A stretch of 64,000 nt of DNA, from contig DAOTTP010000335.1 in the NCBI GenBank assembly GCA_034437835.1, forward strand, positions 23,663 to 87,662, read 5' to 3'. This document shows, one piece after another, positions 36,932 to 47,256 of this stretch. Each line of letters begins with the position of its first letter. The stretch's first letter is position 1. The notes under the pieces are model-generated. The model searched no databases and was not told the DNA's origin. It saw only the letters and a list, made by a program, of their open reading frames with translations. A program made the position numbers and the translations under genes. Source of the DNA: Anaerolineae bacterium (lineage in GTDB: Bacteria; Chloroflexota; Anaerolineae; Aggregatilineales; Phototrophicaceae).

Positions 36932-38191
36932 CTAGATTTTGCCCAAAATCAGCGTCGCATTCTGACCGCCCAATCCAAAACTATTGGACAGCACATAGCG
37001 CAGGTTTTTGAGGTCACGGGCGATATTCGGCGTGTAATCAAGGTCACATTCCGGGTCTGGCGTATCGTAGTTGATGGTGGGGTGAATCCGCTGATGTACC
37101 AACGACAGCGCACAGACAATGGCCTCAAGCGCGCCAGCCGCGCCAAAAGCATGACCAATCATGCTCTTGGTTGAACTGATGGGGATGTTATAAGCCGCTT
37201 CACCAATCACGCGCTTAATGGCGGTGGTTTCCATTGCGTCGTTTTGTGGAGTCGATGTGCCGTGCGCGTTGATATAGCCAATTTCATCCGGGTTGATACG
37301 TGCGCTTTCAATCGCCCATTTAATCGAGCGAGTCGCGCCGGATGCGGTGGGGTCAAGGGCAGCGATATGGTAGCCGTCTGACGATGAGGCGTGACCGAGG
37401 ATTTCAGCGTAGATGCGTGCGCCGCGCTTGAGGGCATGAGCCAGTGATTCGATGATGACGATTCCCGCGCCTTCGCCCATGACAAAGCCAGAACGGTTTT
37501 TGTCGAACGGGCGACTGGCCTTATCTGGGGAATCGTTATACTCATCGGCCAACGCGGTCATGGCTGAGAAACCCGCCACGGTATAGTCTTGGAGGATGGC
37601 CTCGACACCGCCTGTGATGACGACATCGGCACGCCCATCACGGATGAGGACGGACGCCTCACCGATAGATTGCGTGCCAGCCGCGCACGCTGTTGAGGGC
37701 GTATTCAATGGCCCCAGTGCGCGTAAAAAGCGACTGATATAGTGGGCTGGCATGTTCGGCAATGAGTTAATCAACGCCAGCGGGTTAGGCTTACGCCAAG
37801 TGGTGCGGAAGTCGAAGGTGCTATTGGTAGACATTTCGTGAGAGCCGAGCGTCGTTCCGACCACGACACCGACGCGCTCACTTTTATTTTCGATGTCTTC
37901 AACAGTGAAGCCCGCATCTTCAATCGCTTGGCGTGCTGCGTAGACCGCGAATTGCGAGGCACGCCCCATTCGGCGCGCCTCTTTATGGTCAATGTAATCC
38001 CCGATGTCGAAATCACGCACTTCTGAGGCTATCTTGACCGGGATATGCTCGGTTGGGATGGTGGTGATGTTGCGTACCCCTGAGCGACCCGCAAGCAGAT
38101 TTTCCCAAAGCTGCTTGACCGGTCCCAATCCCGAGACCGCGCCCATCCCTGTAATGACAACGCGGGAACGCCCGCGTCGAAGAAGATCCAT
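36932..38191 (-). CDS. fabF: Beta-ketoacyl-ACP synthase II
   Basis: RVVITG.G, catalytic TACAAG, NAHGTST, KSMIGH, SNSFGLGG. Confidence 0.93.
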   Translation of the reverse strand: MDLLRRGRSRVVITGMGAVSGLGPVKQLWENLLAGRSGVRNITTIPTEHIPVKIASEVRDFDIGDYIDHKEARRMGRASQFAVYAARQAIEDAGFTVEDIENKSERVGVVVGTTLGSHEMSTNSTFDFRTTWRKPNPLALINSLPNMPAHYISRFLRALGPLNTPSTACAAGTQSIGEASVLIRDGRADVVITGGVEAILQDYTVAGFSAMTALADEYNDSPDKASRPFDKNRSGFVMGEGAGIVIIESLAHALKRGARIYAEILGHASSSDGYHIAALDPTASGATRSIKWAIESARINPDEIGYINAHGTSTPQNDAMETTAIKRVIGEAAYNIPISSTKSMIGHAFGAAGALEAIVCALSLVHQRIHPTINYDTPDPECDLDYTPNIARDLKNLRYVLSNSFGLGGQNATLILGKI

Positions 38192-38196
38192 GAGTT

Positions 38197-39231
38197 TTAC
38201 TCCTGTTTACTGTCAGAGGCGGGGATTTGGGAGATTTTCTCCCGAATCAGATTGACGATATCGCCCTTCACCGCCAAACTCGCCTGATGAACTGCGTTTC
38301 GCACGGCGCGACCATCAGAACTGCCGTGTCCAATAATAACAACACCGTTCACGCCCAAGAGTGGCGCACCTCCAACCTCAGACGTGTCCAATTTCTTACG
38401 GATTACCTTTAAGGCAGACCGTATCAGCGCGCCACCCAACAGCCAATCTAACCTCGTCTTTAACACTTGGCGCATGTTATCGGACATATAGCGGGTGCTG
38501 GCTTCATAGGTTTTTATCAGGATATTACCGGTGAAACCGTCACTGACAATCACATCGGCTTTGGTATTGGCACTTTCTTTGCTGAAAATCTCTTTGGGTT
38601 CGATATTGCCCACAAAGTTCAGTGTCGAATTTTGAAGCAGAGCCGCAGCTTCACGGATGAGGTCGTTGCCTTTGCCTTCTTCTTCACCATTCGAAAGCAA
38701 CCCAACACGCGGGTTGTTGATTCCGAGGGCGTATTGGGCATAAATCGCGCCCATGTGCGCGTATTGCAACATCCACTCTGGCTTGGAGTCGGAATTAGCG
38801 CCAATATCGGTGAAAAAGATTGGGCGGCCAAAGATAGGGAATACCACCGATAGGGCAGGCCGTTTGACGCCCGGAATCCGTCGCAATTTATCCAACATCG
38901 CGATGGCGTGAGCTGCGCCGGTGTTGCCCATCGTCACGAAAGCATCCGCCGCGCCCGTCTTGACCAATTCCATCCCGACGTGCATAGATGAGTTGGGTTT
39001 ACTCTTGATGGCGGCGCTAGGTTTATCGTGCATTGTGACCGCTTCAGCGGCGTGCTGCACTTCGATTTTCAAGCTAGACGTGTCATATTTGGCGAGTTCG
39101 GTTTTAATTGCCGCTTCATCACCTACTAAAATGACCGTTACACCGAGTTCCCGTGCTGCCAAAACACCCCCTTCAACGTCAGGGGCAGGACAATTGTCGG
39201 TTCCCATCGCATCAACGACGATACGCATCAT
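38197..39231 (-). CDS. plsX: Phosphate acyltransferase
   Basis: IVVDAMG.D, GNTGA, D.GAN, NGEEEGKG, DGFTGN, GGAPLLGVNG; start is 39228, 39231 or 39237. Confidence 0.95.
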   Translation of the reverse strand: MMRIVVDAMGTDNCPAPDVEGGVLAARELGVTVILVGDEAAIKTELAKYDTSSLKIEVQHAAEAVTMHDKPSAAIKSKPNSSMHVGMELVKTGAADAFVTMGNTGAAHAIAMLDKLRRIPGVKRPALSVVFPIFGRPIFFTDIGANSDSKPEWMLQYAHMGAIYAQYALGINNPRVGLLSNGEEEGKGNDLIREAAALLQNSTLNFVGNIEPKEIFSKESANTKADVIVSDGFTGNILIKTYEASTRYMSDNMRQVLKTRLDWLLGGALIRSALKVIRKKLDTSEVGGAPLLGVNGVVIIGHGSSDGRAVRNAVHQASLAVKGDIVNLIREKISQIPASDSKQE

Positions 39232-39293
39232 GAACATCCTTAAGGCAGAAACTGCCGAATACGCGGATTAAATTGTAAAACCCAAGTCCCCGC

Positions 39294-39322
39294 TTGACCA
39301 GCGTTTAGCTTAACGATATAAT
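39294..39322 (+). promoter_or_regulatory. Sigma70-type promoter of tRNA-Leu
   Basis: TTGACC-17 bp-TATAAT, 16 bp upstream of the tRNA. Confidence 0.85.
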
Positions 39323-39338
39323 GCCTTACATTCAAGTC

Positions 39339-39420
39339 GCCCTGATGGCGGAACTGGCAGACGCGCATGGTTGAGGGCCATGTCCTTTACGGGGTGGAGG
39401 TTCGAGTCCTCTTCAGGGCA
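39339..39420 (+). tRNA. tRNA-Leu(GAG)
   Basis: Acceptor GCCCTGA/TCAGGGC+A; anticodon arm CATGG-TTGAGGG-CCATG; long variable arm; GGTTCGAGTCC; CCA not encoded. Confidence 0.97.
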
Positions 39421-39425
39421 CTATA

Positions 39426-39463
39426 AACAAAAAAGCTCGCTGAATTCGGCGAGCTTTTTTGTT
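39426..39463 (+). terminator. Intrinsic terminator after tRNA-Leu
   Basis: AACAAAAAAGCTCGC...GCGAGCTTTTTTGTT. Confidence 0.88.
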
Positions 39464-39539
39464 GCTAGAGTTTGGTTCCCGATTTACACTGTAGCTTGTT
39501 ATGATTAAACATGCGCCCATATGATAGGAGTTGATTCGG

Positions 39540-40610
39540 ATGTCCGATGCCACAAGCGGCCCTTTACGTGATGCTTACGAGGCAATCCATGCCAATCAAC
39601 TGCCCAAAGCGCGGGAGATTTTACGCGCCTACATGGTCAGTCAACCTAACGACCCCGATGCTTGGTGGTTGTACAGCTATGCAGCCGAGACTCCTGATGA
39701 GGCGCGGAGTGCGCTACAGAACGTTTTGCGGCTTGACCCGATGTACCCCGGCGCGAGTGATTTGCTCGTACAGCTAAACCAGTCTGCTGGCTCGGCAACG
39801 TTGCCGACACAACCGGCAGGCATCCGTAAGTTGGGAGACAATCCTGCTGTTTCAACGACTCAGACACCGAAATCGGATGTTTCGCTGGATGATGATGACT
39901 TCGACGACCTCGATGATTTAGATGACGAAGATGAGGATGATGAGTCGGGCTTCACGCGCCGTCGGGTTCTCGTCGCATTGGCCGGATTCGCGTTGATCGT
40001 CTTTTTGGTGATTCTGGTGTTTATTTTCCTGCCACGCAGAACTTCTGCGCCCGAACCCACTAATGTGGCTCAAGTGACGCTGCCAGCGACCACACTGAGT
40101 ATCACCCCAGACCCCAGCCTTTCGTCACTGATAACAATTACTCCAGATGAAGTCATCATAGGTGTGTCGCCAGAACCGTCAGTAGAGGTTGCCGTAACAG
40201 TTCCGGACGCGACAGGCGCTCCTGTTGCTACAGAAGACGCAGCAACCATCTCAGAGACGCCCAGCGGAACGGAGTTTGTGAGTTTCTATACTGCACTTGC
40301 AGCTTTTGAAGTCCTCCCAAACAGTATGGCTATAGACCAAACCACAATCGGCCAGACCTTTAGCGGTTCAATCTGCTTGCAAAATCAGGGGGAATTGCGT
40401 TCCGCAATCCCGACGGCCATATCCGCTTTGGCATCTGTTAGTCCCGAAGCACCCGCCGAAGCGCAGTTCATCGGCGCAAAATTCCTGAATTGCACCGATA
40501 ACAGTTTGATGCGGTATGTCGTCGTCCCAATTGAGGATGCCCGTGCTTTTGCGGCAGGTACACTGACCGCCTCACAGCTTCGCGGCGTCCATCGCAATAT
40601 CACTCGTTAA
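39540..40610 (+). CDS. Bitopic membrane protein: N-terminal TPR, acidic linker, TM, Pro/Thr-rich extracellular region
   Basis: QPNDPDAWWLYS..A TPR unit; DDDDFDDLDDLDDEDEDDE; RRR followed by a hydrophobic span. Confidence 0.75.
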   Translation: MSDATSGPLRDAYEAIHANQLPKAREILRAYMVSQPNDPDAWWLYSYAAETPDEARSALQNVLRLDPMYPGASDLLVQLNQSAGSATLPTQPAGIRKLGDNPAVSTTQTPKSDVSLDDDDFDDLDDLDDEDEDDESGFTRRRVLVALAGFALIVFLVILVFIFLPRRTSAPEPTNVAQVTLPATTLSITPDPSLSSLITITPDEVIIGVSPEPSVEVAVTVPDATGAPVATEDAATISETPSGTEFVSFYTALAAFEVLPNSMAIDQTTIGQTFSGSICLQNQGELRSAIPTAISALASVSPEAPAEAQFIGAKFLNCTDNSLMRYVVVPIEDARAFAAGTLTASQLRGVHRNITR

Positions 40611-40634
40611 GTTTCTAGCACTCCGAATCGCAAG

Positions 40635-40669
40635 AAAAAGGCCACTGTTTTCTCAACAGTGGCCTTTTT
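40635..40669. terminator. Bidirectional intrinsic terminator
   Basis: AAAAAGGCCACTGTT-TTCTC-AACAGTGGCCTTTTT. Confidence 0.88.
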
Positions 40670-40688
40670 GTTCGGTTGATATATGAAG

Positions 40689-42221
40689 CTAAATCTTGCG
40701 CCCTTGCCAGAACTCATCACGCATAATGCGTTTGAGCGTCTTACCGGCTGCACTGCGGGGAAAATCCTCTTTGATAATGACTTCGCTGATTCTTTGATAA
40801 CGCGCCTCGACTCGGCTGTTAACCCAATCACATAAGTCTTGAGCCGAGATACCGCCATCTTGCTTCAAAGTCACGGCGGCAACGGGGGTTTCGCCCCATT
40901 TTTCACTTGGTACGCCGAAAACGGCCACTTCTTTGACCATCGGGTGCTGCACAATAACCTCTTCAATATCACGCGGGTAGACATTGACGCCACCGCTGAT
41001 GATGAGGTCTTTCTTACGGTCAACCAGATATAAAAATCCGTCCGGGTCAAGGTATCCTACGTCGCCAGTGAACAGCCAGCCATCACGTACTGCTTGCGCC
41101 GTCAAGTCGGGACGCTTGTAGTAGCCAGACATGAGCATTGGGCCGCGCCCGATAATCTCGCCGATTCCGCCTTGAGGGAGTTCTTTCCCCTCATCATCCA
41201 TAATTTTAATCTCCATGAAAGGGGGCGGGACACCCACTGAATCCAGTTTTGTGGCGGGGTGATGCGGGTCAAGGATAGTCATAAAGCCCTCGGTTAGGCC
41301 ATATAGCTCATAAAAACGCCTCGGAAGTTGACTGTTGAGCGATTCTTTGTGTTCTCGCAGAAGTGGCGCCCCGACTGAGCCAATCATCTGGAGCGATTCG
41401 AGACGGTTGGGCGAGAACTTAGGGGAATTGAGCAACCCGATAATCTGCGATGGAACCATCTTGATATGGGTGACTTTTTCGCGCTCAATCGTCTCTATGA
41501 GGCTTTCTGGCGTATATTGCTTGAGCAAGATATAGGTTGCGCCGAGGTACATGGTCGGCATAAAGGTCAAAAACGCGCCGTTAAACACCAACGCACCGGC
41601 ATGAGCGACAATGCTTTCCGGCGTGATGCGATATGACGCAGCAAATTGGGTGCAGTAATGTGCGCGCACATAGTGGGTCAGCACAATCCCTTTAGGCAGA
41701 CCCGTCGTCCCACTGGAATAGATGATATTGAACGGGTCATCATCCTGAATATCGGCAAATGGCGGTTCTTCCTCAGACCCATTGGCTGATAGGGTAGGGT
41801 AGTCCAGATAACCGTCGAGATTGACCTCATCAGTCACGACGAATCCGGAATCCGAGAGATTGAGCAAATCTGCGCGAATACTGTTCAACTCTCCCACCAT
41901 CGTATGGTCGGTAAACACCATTTTAGTGTCAGAGTCATTGAGCAAGGTCGCGAGTCCCTTGCCGCGTAGCAGGTTACTCAGTGGGACGGTGACAGCCCCT
42001 ATTTTGGCAGCCGCCCAATAGACTTCCATAAGCTCTAAACTATTGGGCAGCAAGGTCGCTACTTTATCCCCTTTTATGATGCCTTGCGCCAACATCGCAT
42101 TAGCAAGTCGGTTGATTCGCCGGTTGTAATCGGCGTAAGTTAGGCGGGTGTTCTCAAAAATTACCGCGATATGGTTAGGACGATAGCGGGCGTGGTGTGT
42201 GATAAGACTTCCGACGTTCAT
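40689..42221 (-). CDS. AMP-dependent acyl-CoA synthetase (ANL superfamily)
   Basis: YSSGTTGLPKG, YGLTE, TGDVG, VDRKKDLIISGG.NVYP, GKTLK. Confidence 0.93.
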   Translation of the reverse strand: MNVGSLITHHARYRPNHIAVIFENTRLTYADYNRRINRLANAMLAQGIIKGDKVATLLPNSLELMEVYWAAAKIGAVTVPLSNLLRGKGLATLLNDSDTKMVFTDHTMVGELNSIRADLLNLSDSGFVVTDEVNLDGYLDYPTLSANGSEEEPPFADIQDDDPFNIIYSSGTTGLPKGIVLTHYVRAHYCTQFAASYRITPESIVAHAGALVFNGAFLTFMPTMYLGATYILLKQYTPESLIETIEREKVTHIKMVPSQIIGLLNSPKFSPNRLESLQMIGSVGAPLLREHKESLNSQLPRRFYELYGLTEGFMTILDPHHPATKLDSVGVPPPFMEIKIMDDEGKELPQGGIGEIIGRGPMLMSGYYKRPDLTAQAVRDGWLFTGDVGYLDPDGFLYLVDRKKDLIISGGVNVYPRDIEEVIVQHPMVKEVAVFGVPSEKWGETPVAAVTLKQDGGISAQDLCDWVNSRVEARYQRISEVIIKEDFPRSAAGKTLKRIMRDEFWQGRKI

Positions 42222-42306
42222 GAGTTAAAACCTTCGTCACTTAGAAATAAAATCATGATTCAATTCTAACCCGTCTCAGCAGAGTCGCAATGTCCACGGG
42301 ATATAG

Positions 42307-42343
42307 AAAAACGCCGCTAGAGTGATACATCTAGCGGCGTTTT
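42307..42343 (-). terminator. Intrinsic terminator after ino1
   Basis: AAAAACGCCGCTAGA...TCTAGCGGCGTTTT. Confidence 0.85.
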
Positions 42344-42378
42344 GTGTTCTTTCGGGTATCTATCAGAGGCAAAAACCG

Positions 42379-43500
42379 TTACGGACGGGTACGGTTTTTG
42401 CCTTCCCAGACATAGCTCTCATCACGGATGAAGGCTTCCAGCATGGCGCGGGCAATGTCATCCGAGGGCTGAATCGGGGGCGACTTGAAGAAGTACGAGC
42501 TAGGCCCTTCGATAGCGCCGCTAATCCCACGGTCAAGCGCCAGCTTCGCGCAGCGCAGCGCATCAATCACGACACCGGCGCTGTTGGGGCTGTCCACGAC
42601 TTCCAGTTTCATTTCGATATTGAGAGGTACGTCGCCAAAGCTACGACCTTCGAGGCGGATATAAGCCCACTTACGGTCTTCAAGCCACGGGATATAGTCG
42701 CTAGGGCCGATGTAAACATTGCCCGCGCCCATATCATACGGCAACTGACTCGTAACTGAATTGGTCTTGCTAATTTTCTTGCTCTCAAGGCGGCTACGGT
42801 CAAGCATGTTGTAGAAGTCCATGTTGCCGCCGACATTGAGTTGGCTGGTGCGCTCTAGCTTGACGCCGCGCTCCTTGAACAGATTCGCCAATACGCGATG
42901 AACGATGGTCGCGCCGACCTGACTCTTGATGTCGTCGCCAATCACCGGCAGACCACGTTCTTTGAAGCGACTTTGCCAATAGGGCTCACGGGCGATAAAG
43001 ACCGGTATGCAGTTCACCAAACCGCAACCAGCATTCAAGACTTGCTCGACATACCACTTGGTCGCTTGCTCACTGCCTACTGGCAAGTAGTTGATGACGA
43101 CATCAACCTTGTTATCGCGCAGCAGTTCAACAATATTGCCGGTACTGCCCGGCGCTTTGGTGATTTTCTGCGACAAATACGGGCCGAGACCGTCATGGGT
43201 CATACCGCGTTCAACCGTGACGCCCATGTGGCTTGGCACTTCAGCGAACTTGACGGTGTTGTTCTGACCAGACCACATCGCTTGACCGAGGTCTTTACCG
43301 ACCTTCTCGGAGTCGATGTCAATGGCCGCTACAAACTCGATGTCGCGGATACGATACCCGCCGATGACGTTGTGCATGATGCCGGGGATGAAGCCTTCAT
43401 CGGCAGCATCCCGGTAATAGTGAACGCCCTGAATCAAAGAGCTGGCACAGTTGCCAACCCCGATAATGGCGACGCGGATTTTCTTGTTCTGTTCGCTCAC
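42379..43500 (-). CDS. ino1: myo-inositol-1-phosphate synthase
   Basis: [53 protein letters not shown] start at 43500 with GGAG upstream. Confidence 0.95.
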   Translation of the reverse strand: MSEQNKKIRVAIIGVGNCASSLIQGVHYYRDAADEGFIPGIMHNVIGGYRIRDIEFVAAIDIDSEKVGKDLGQAMWSGQNNTVKFAEVPSHMGVTVERGMTHDGLGPYLSQKITKAPGSTGNIVELLRDNKVDVVINYLPVGSEQATKWYVEQVLNAGCGLVNCIPVFIAREPYWQSRFKERGLPVIGDDIKSQVGATIVHRVLANLFKERGVKLERTSQLNVGGNMDFYNMLDRSRLESKKISKTNSVTSQLPYDMGAGNVYIGPSDYIPWLEDRKWAYIRLEGRSFGDVPLNIEMKLEVVDSPNSAGVVIDALRCAKLALDRGISGAIEGPSSYFFKSPPIQPSDDIARAMLEAFIRDESYVWEGKNRTRP

Positions 43501-43598
43501 AAGGATTGCTCCAGTTTGGAGTGCTAATCGTGCATAGCAGAATGGTAAATACGCCAATGAAGCGGCGCAAGATGAAATATTGCCTTTTGCGGGCAAAC

Positions 43599-43629
43599 AA
43601 AAAGCGGTGCAAGGTGCTGCACCGCCTTT
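43599..43629 (-). terminator. Intrinsic terminator after tRNA-Glu
   Basis: AAAAA-GCGGTGCA-AGGTGC-TGCACCGC. Confidence 0.75.
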
Positions 43630-43645
43630 CTATCACTTCAAATTG

Positions 43646-43718
43646 TGACCCATACGGGATTCGAACCCGTGTTTTGGCCTTGAGAGGGCCACGTCCTAGG
43701 CCTCTGGACGAATGGGCC
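43646..43718 (-). tRNA. tRNA-Glu(CTC)
   Basis: Minus strand GGCCCATTCGTCCAGAGGCCTAGGACG-TGGCC-CTCTCAA-GGCCA-AAACACGGGTTCGAATCCCGTATGGGTCA; CCA not encoded. Confidence 0.97.
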
Positions 43719-43731
43719 AAACGATGGGCGA

Positions 43732-43761
43732 AGTGTATAGTAATTCGATGCGCCATGTCAA
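43732..43761 (-). promoter_or_regulatory. Sigma70-type promoter of tRNA-Glu
   Basis: TTGACA-18 bp-TACACT on the minus strand. Confidence 0.6.
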
Positions 43762-43783
43762 GACGCAACTCGGGGTCGTGACC

Positions 43784-44257
43784 TTACTCTCGGTCACGTT
43801 CCCGCTCACGTAGCGCTCGTTGAATGTCCCTATCGGAATCGCGTTTGGCGATGGCGTCTCGCTTGTCATATTCCTTTTTACCGCGTGCGAGCGCGATTTC
43901 GACCTTTGCCTTACCGTTGACGAGATAAAGCTGAAGCGGGACTGCCGATAGACCTTTTTCGTGCAGCGCACTGGTCAGTCGCATGATTTCTTTCTTGTGT
44001 AAAAGCAGCTTGCGCGGGCGGGTGGGGTCAAGTGAATCCCAACCACTGGCTTGAGGGTAAGGGCTGATATGGACTTGGAGCAACCATAGTTCGCCGCCCA
44101 TTTCCTCAACGAAGCCTTCCTGTAAATTGGCGAGACTGGCGCGTATCGATTTGATTTCAACGCCGCGCAAGACTATTCCGGCCTCAAATATCTCTAAGAA
44201 TGAGAAGTCATGAGAGGCTTTACGATTGCGGGCAACGACTTTCCGGGCGTCTGACAT
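43784..44257 (-). CDS. smpB: SsrA-binding protein
   Basis: NRKA.HDF, EAGIVL.GVEIKSIR, RKLLLHKKEI, GKKEYDKR. Confidence 0.97.
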   Translation of the reverse strand: MSDARKVVARNRKASHDFSFLEIFEAGIVLRGVEIKSIRASLANLQEGFVEEMGGELWLLQVHISPYPQASGWDSLDPTRPRKLLLHKKEIMRLTSALHEKGLSAVPLQLYLVNGKAKVEIALARGKKEYDKRDAIAKRDSDRDIQRALRERERDRE

Positions 44258-44291
44258 GATAAATAGCTATCCGATCTGTTGGATGGTTCTG

Positions 44292-45476
44292 TTATTGGGG
44301 TAATGCTTCTTGTAGGCTTTGAATCGCTTGGCTGAGTTCAATATCGGCTCCACTGGTCGAAGCAGTTAGCGCAATATCCGGCTCAATACCTTGCCCATCA
44401 ATGCTGTGGCGCAGCGGTGTTAACCACTCTGCATAGGTTACGTGAATAGAGGACTGGTCGGAAAGCCCAAAAATTTGCTGTATTACCCCCTTCCCGTAGG
44501 TTTTTTGGCCGATGATGAAGCCACGCTCATAATCACGGATTACACCGATCAGCACTTCTGATGCGCTGGCGGTGTAGTTATTGACGATGAATACCACCGG
44601 CAAATCGGTCAAGACACCACCTTCAACCTCATCATCGTATGAGCGCTCACTATCTTTACTACGTTCGACCAATAGCAACCCGCTTTCAATGAATTCTCCA
44701 GCAATCTCAAGCGATTCTTGTAATAGCCCGCCGCCATTATTTCTCAGGTCAAACGCGATAGCTTGCACACCTTGTTGTTTGAGGCTCGTCACAGCGTTCC
44801 GAAACTGGTCAGGCGTATTGTTGTTGAAATCCGTGATTTGGATGTAGCCCAGCCGTGAGTCTTCTTGTAAGACTCGGAAAAACACCGATGGAACTTGGAT
44901 CAGGCCGAATGGCACAAAGATGGAAAGTTGCGTTTCATCCCGGCGGATGAGCAGGTCTACACCAGAATTATCTTTGACTTCGCCACGTAGTTTGGATTCT
45001 ATCTCTGGTTCAGAGCGGGTCGTATCAACGCCCTCACCATTGATTGCCAGTAAAACATCCCCATCGAGGATTCCGGCGGCTTGCGCGGGACTATCTTCAA
45101 ACGGGATGATTCGGAATTCCCCGGATGTCGTCCGTTGTAGTTTGATGCCTGCGCCACCATATACCCCAGCCAAAGAATTGGTTTCGACTTGGGTTTGAGG
45201 TGGGGCAATGAAATAGGTATAAGGGTCTTCTAGGCTGGCTAAAAGTCCCGTCACGGCTGCATAGACAGCTTCCTGATCTGTCGGGACTGTTCGCAAGTAA
45301 TATCGGTTAATCCACTGCTGGACTTCGGTCAATAAAGCAAAACTCGTTTGCCCCGGCGTAGAAGGAAGGAGCGATATCCCAATCAAATCGCGTGTGATGA
45401 ATCCCGCTACAAAGATGACAGCAATCCCAATCCCAATAAGCGCCCCAACAGCGATTGATTTTGTGGTATCCCTCAT
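44292..45476 (-). CDS. S41 C-terminal processing protease (CtpA-like) with PDZ domain
   Basis: LEDPYT, DLRNNGGGLL, TASASE, TYGKG, GIEPDI; N-terminal TM. Confidence 0.93.
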   Translation of the reverse strand: MRDTTKSIAVGALIGIGIAVIFVAGFITRDLIGISLLPSTPGQTSFALLTEVQQWINRYYLRTVPTDQEAVYAAVTGLLASLEDPYTYFIAPPQTQVETNSLAGVYGGAGIKLQRTTSGEFRIIPFEDSPAQAAGILDGDVLLAINGEGVDTTRSEPEIESKLRGEVKDNSGVDLLIRRDETQLSIFVPFGLIQVPSVFFRVLQEDSRLGYIQITDFNNNTPDQFRNAVTSLKQQGVQAIAFDLRNNGGGLLQESLEIAGEFIESGLLLVERSKDSERSYDDEVEGGVLTDLPVVFIVNNYTASASEVLIGVIRDYERGFIIGQKTYGKGVIQQIFGLSDQSSIHVTYAEWLTPLRHSIDGQGIEPDIALTASTSGADIELSQAIQSLQEALPQ

Positions 45477-45623
45477 GTGTAATCTCTTGACCCTTGTTTT
45501 AAGTAGCGCATCTTCCCGACATCATTGTACCTAATTCTCAATCAGGCCATACGGTATGCTATGCCAACCTATGATATTGTCTAGGGAGGAATAATTACGC
45601 TATTTCATCGGTAGGCAATCCTC

Positions 45624-47252
45624 ATGAGCCAATTATTTTCTCACCCGCCATTGATTTTAATCGTCGATTTCGATATCTCTACCACGCAATTGCTACGCGG
45701 CGTTTTTGAATATGAGGGCTACCGGGTCGAGACCGCCAACGACGGCACTTCCGGCCTGCGAATTGCTACTGCACTTCGTCCAGATTTGATTGTCTTGGAA
45801 ACGCGGCTGGGCGGCCAAATCAATGGCATCCAGATGCTTAAGCAATTGCGGGAAATACCGCAAACCGCCAAGATACCGACGTTCTTACTCACCTCAGCAA
45901 CCGATTGGCCGGAAATCATCGAAGGGCTGAGGCTTGGCGCGGATGACTATATGCGTAAACCTGTCCACCCACGGGAATTGTTAGCCCGCGCCGAGACGAA
46001 AATTCGCGCATATCACCTCGATGAAGCCCTGACACGGCGCACACGCGATCTTGAGGCGCTATTGCGCGTTAGCGAGGCCTTGAGCCAATTCCACTCATGG
46101 GAGGCTATTACACACCTTGCGCTGGCATTGTCGGCGGATTTACTGCCCACGCAATTGGTGGCCTTCGGCGTCAGCGATGGGCAACAACTCACACTGCTGA
46201 AAATCACGCCGGAACAAAACCAACCCGAAATCACTAAGATGATAGAACAATTCTTGATATCACCGCCTGAGATCGTCACCAACACAACCATCACGCTGCA
46301 AGTTGACCAAAAACCGGGTTATATCCTGTTTAACGACATCGCATTCTCACGCGATGTCGAATATAAAGCGGCACTGCTGCTGATTGGGGATGTACCATTC
46401 GATACACACCACCAACAGTTGTTTGAAGGGCTATGTAAGCAAGTTAGCTTGGCACTCCAGAACGCGGAACTTTATCGTATCCAAGCGAATTATGCGCTGG
46501 AGCTGGAAAAAAAGGTCGAGGAACGCACCCGCGCACTACAGGCCGCCCAGAACCAACTTATTCAAGTAGATCGTTTGGCTTCGATTGGTCGGCTGGCTGC
46601 CGGTATCGCCCATGAAATCAATAATCCGTTGATGCCGATAAAGTTCAACCTAGAAAGTCTAATAGAAGACGCGCAGCTAAACATGCCAATAGACCCTGAG
46701 CTTTTGACCGTGACGTTGCAGAGTGTTGAGCGGATTCAAGACCTCGTAAAGCGATTGCTGCGGTTCAATGAGGGACATCGGGGAGAGCATGACTATTCAC
46801 AGTGGGTGGATATCCGCAAAGTCTGCCAGAACGTGGTTGACCTCACGCGCAAGACGTTTCAACAAAGCGACAAGACAATTATCTTGAAAATGGATGAACA
46901 GGCGATGATTCGGGGCAATCGGGATGCGCTCACGCAGGTCTTTATCAACTTGGCGCTAAATGCGGGTGAATCGATGCAGGAAAAAGGGGTTTTGACTATC
47001 ACGGTCAAACGGAATGGTCAGGACTTTGAAATAACATTCAGTGATACGGGCTATGGTATCCCTGCTGCGTTGCTGGATAAGATTTTCGACCCATTTGTCA
47101 CAACCAAACCTTCTGGTAGTGGGCTTGGGCTGTTCGTCAGTTATGGGATTGTAGAAGCGCATCAGGGGCGGATTCGCGTTGAGAGCGAGATTGGGAAAGG
47201 GACGGTTTTTCACCTGTTTTTCCCCATCCCAACCGACGCTCCTCAAACCTAA
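45624..47252 (+). CDS. Hybrid sensor kinase: atypical receiver, GAF-like domain, HisKA, HATPase
   Basis: H-box AHEINNPL, QVFINL..NA, DTGYGI, FVTTK..GSGLGL; receiver-like N-terminus. Confidence 0.92.
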   Translation: MSQLFSHPPLILIVDFDISTTQLLRGVFEYEGYRVETANDGTSGLRIATALRPDLIVLETRLGGQINGIQMLKQLREIPQTAKIPTFLLTSATDWPEIIEGLRLGADDYMRKPVHPRELLARAETKIRAYHLDEALTRRTRDLEALLRVSEALSQFHSWEAITHLALALSADLLPTQLVAFGVSDGQQLTLLKITPEQNQPEITKMIEQFLISPPEIVTNTTITLQVDQKPGYILFNDIAFSRDVEYKAALLLIGDVPFDTHHQQLFEGLCKQVSLALQNAELYRIQANYALELEKKVEERTRALQAAQNQLIQVDRLASIGRLAAGIAHEINNPLMPIKFNLESLIEDAQLNMPIDPELLTVTLQSVERIQDLVKRLLRFNEGHRGEHDYSQWVDIRKVCQNVVDLTRKTFQQSDKTIILKMDEQAMIRGNRDALTQVFINLALNAGESMQEKGVLTITVKRNGQDFEITFSDTGYGIPAALLDKIFDPFVTTKPSGSGLGLFVSYGIVEAHQGRIRVESEIGKGTVFHLFFPIPTDAPQT

Positions 47253-47256
47253 AGTC

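Noticed and set aside
36932..38191. Type II PKS ketosynthase
   Set aside because: Canonical FabF next to plsX; no chain-length factor, ACP or tailoring genes.
39339..39423. Missing CCA ends on both tRNAs as an anomaly
   Set aside because: Common in bacteria that use a CCA-adding enzyme.
39339..43718. Genomic island between the two tRNAs
   Set aside because: No integrase or duplicated tRNA 3' end was seen; the intervening genes look native.
43397..43781. ORFs 43397..43768 and 43506..43781, and the ino1 extension to 43596
   Set aside because: They overlap tRNA-Glu, its terminator or the upstream spacer; ino1 homology begins at GTG 43500.
43719..43790. tmRNA next to smpB
   Set aside because: The space is too short and the neighbouring RNA is a standard tRNA-Glu.
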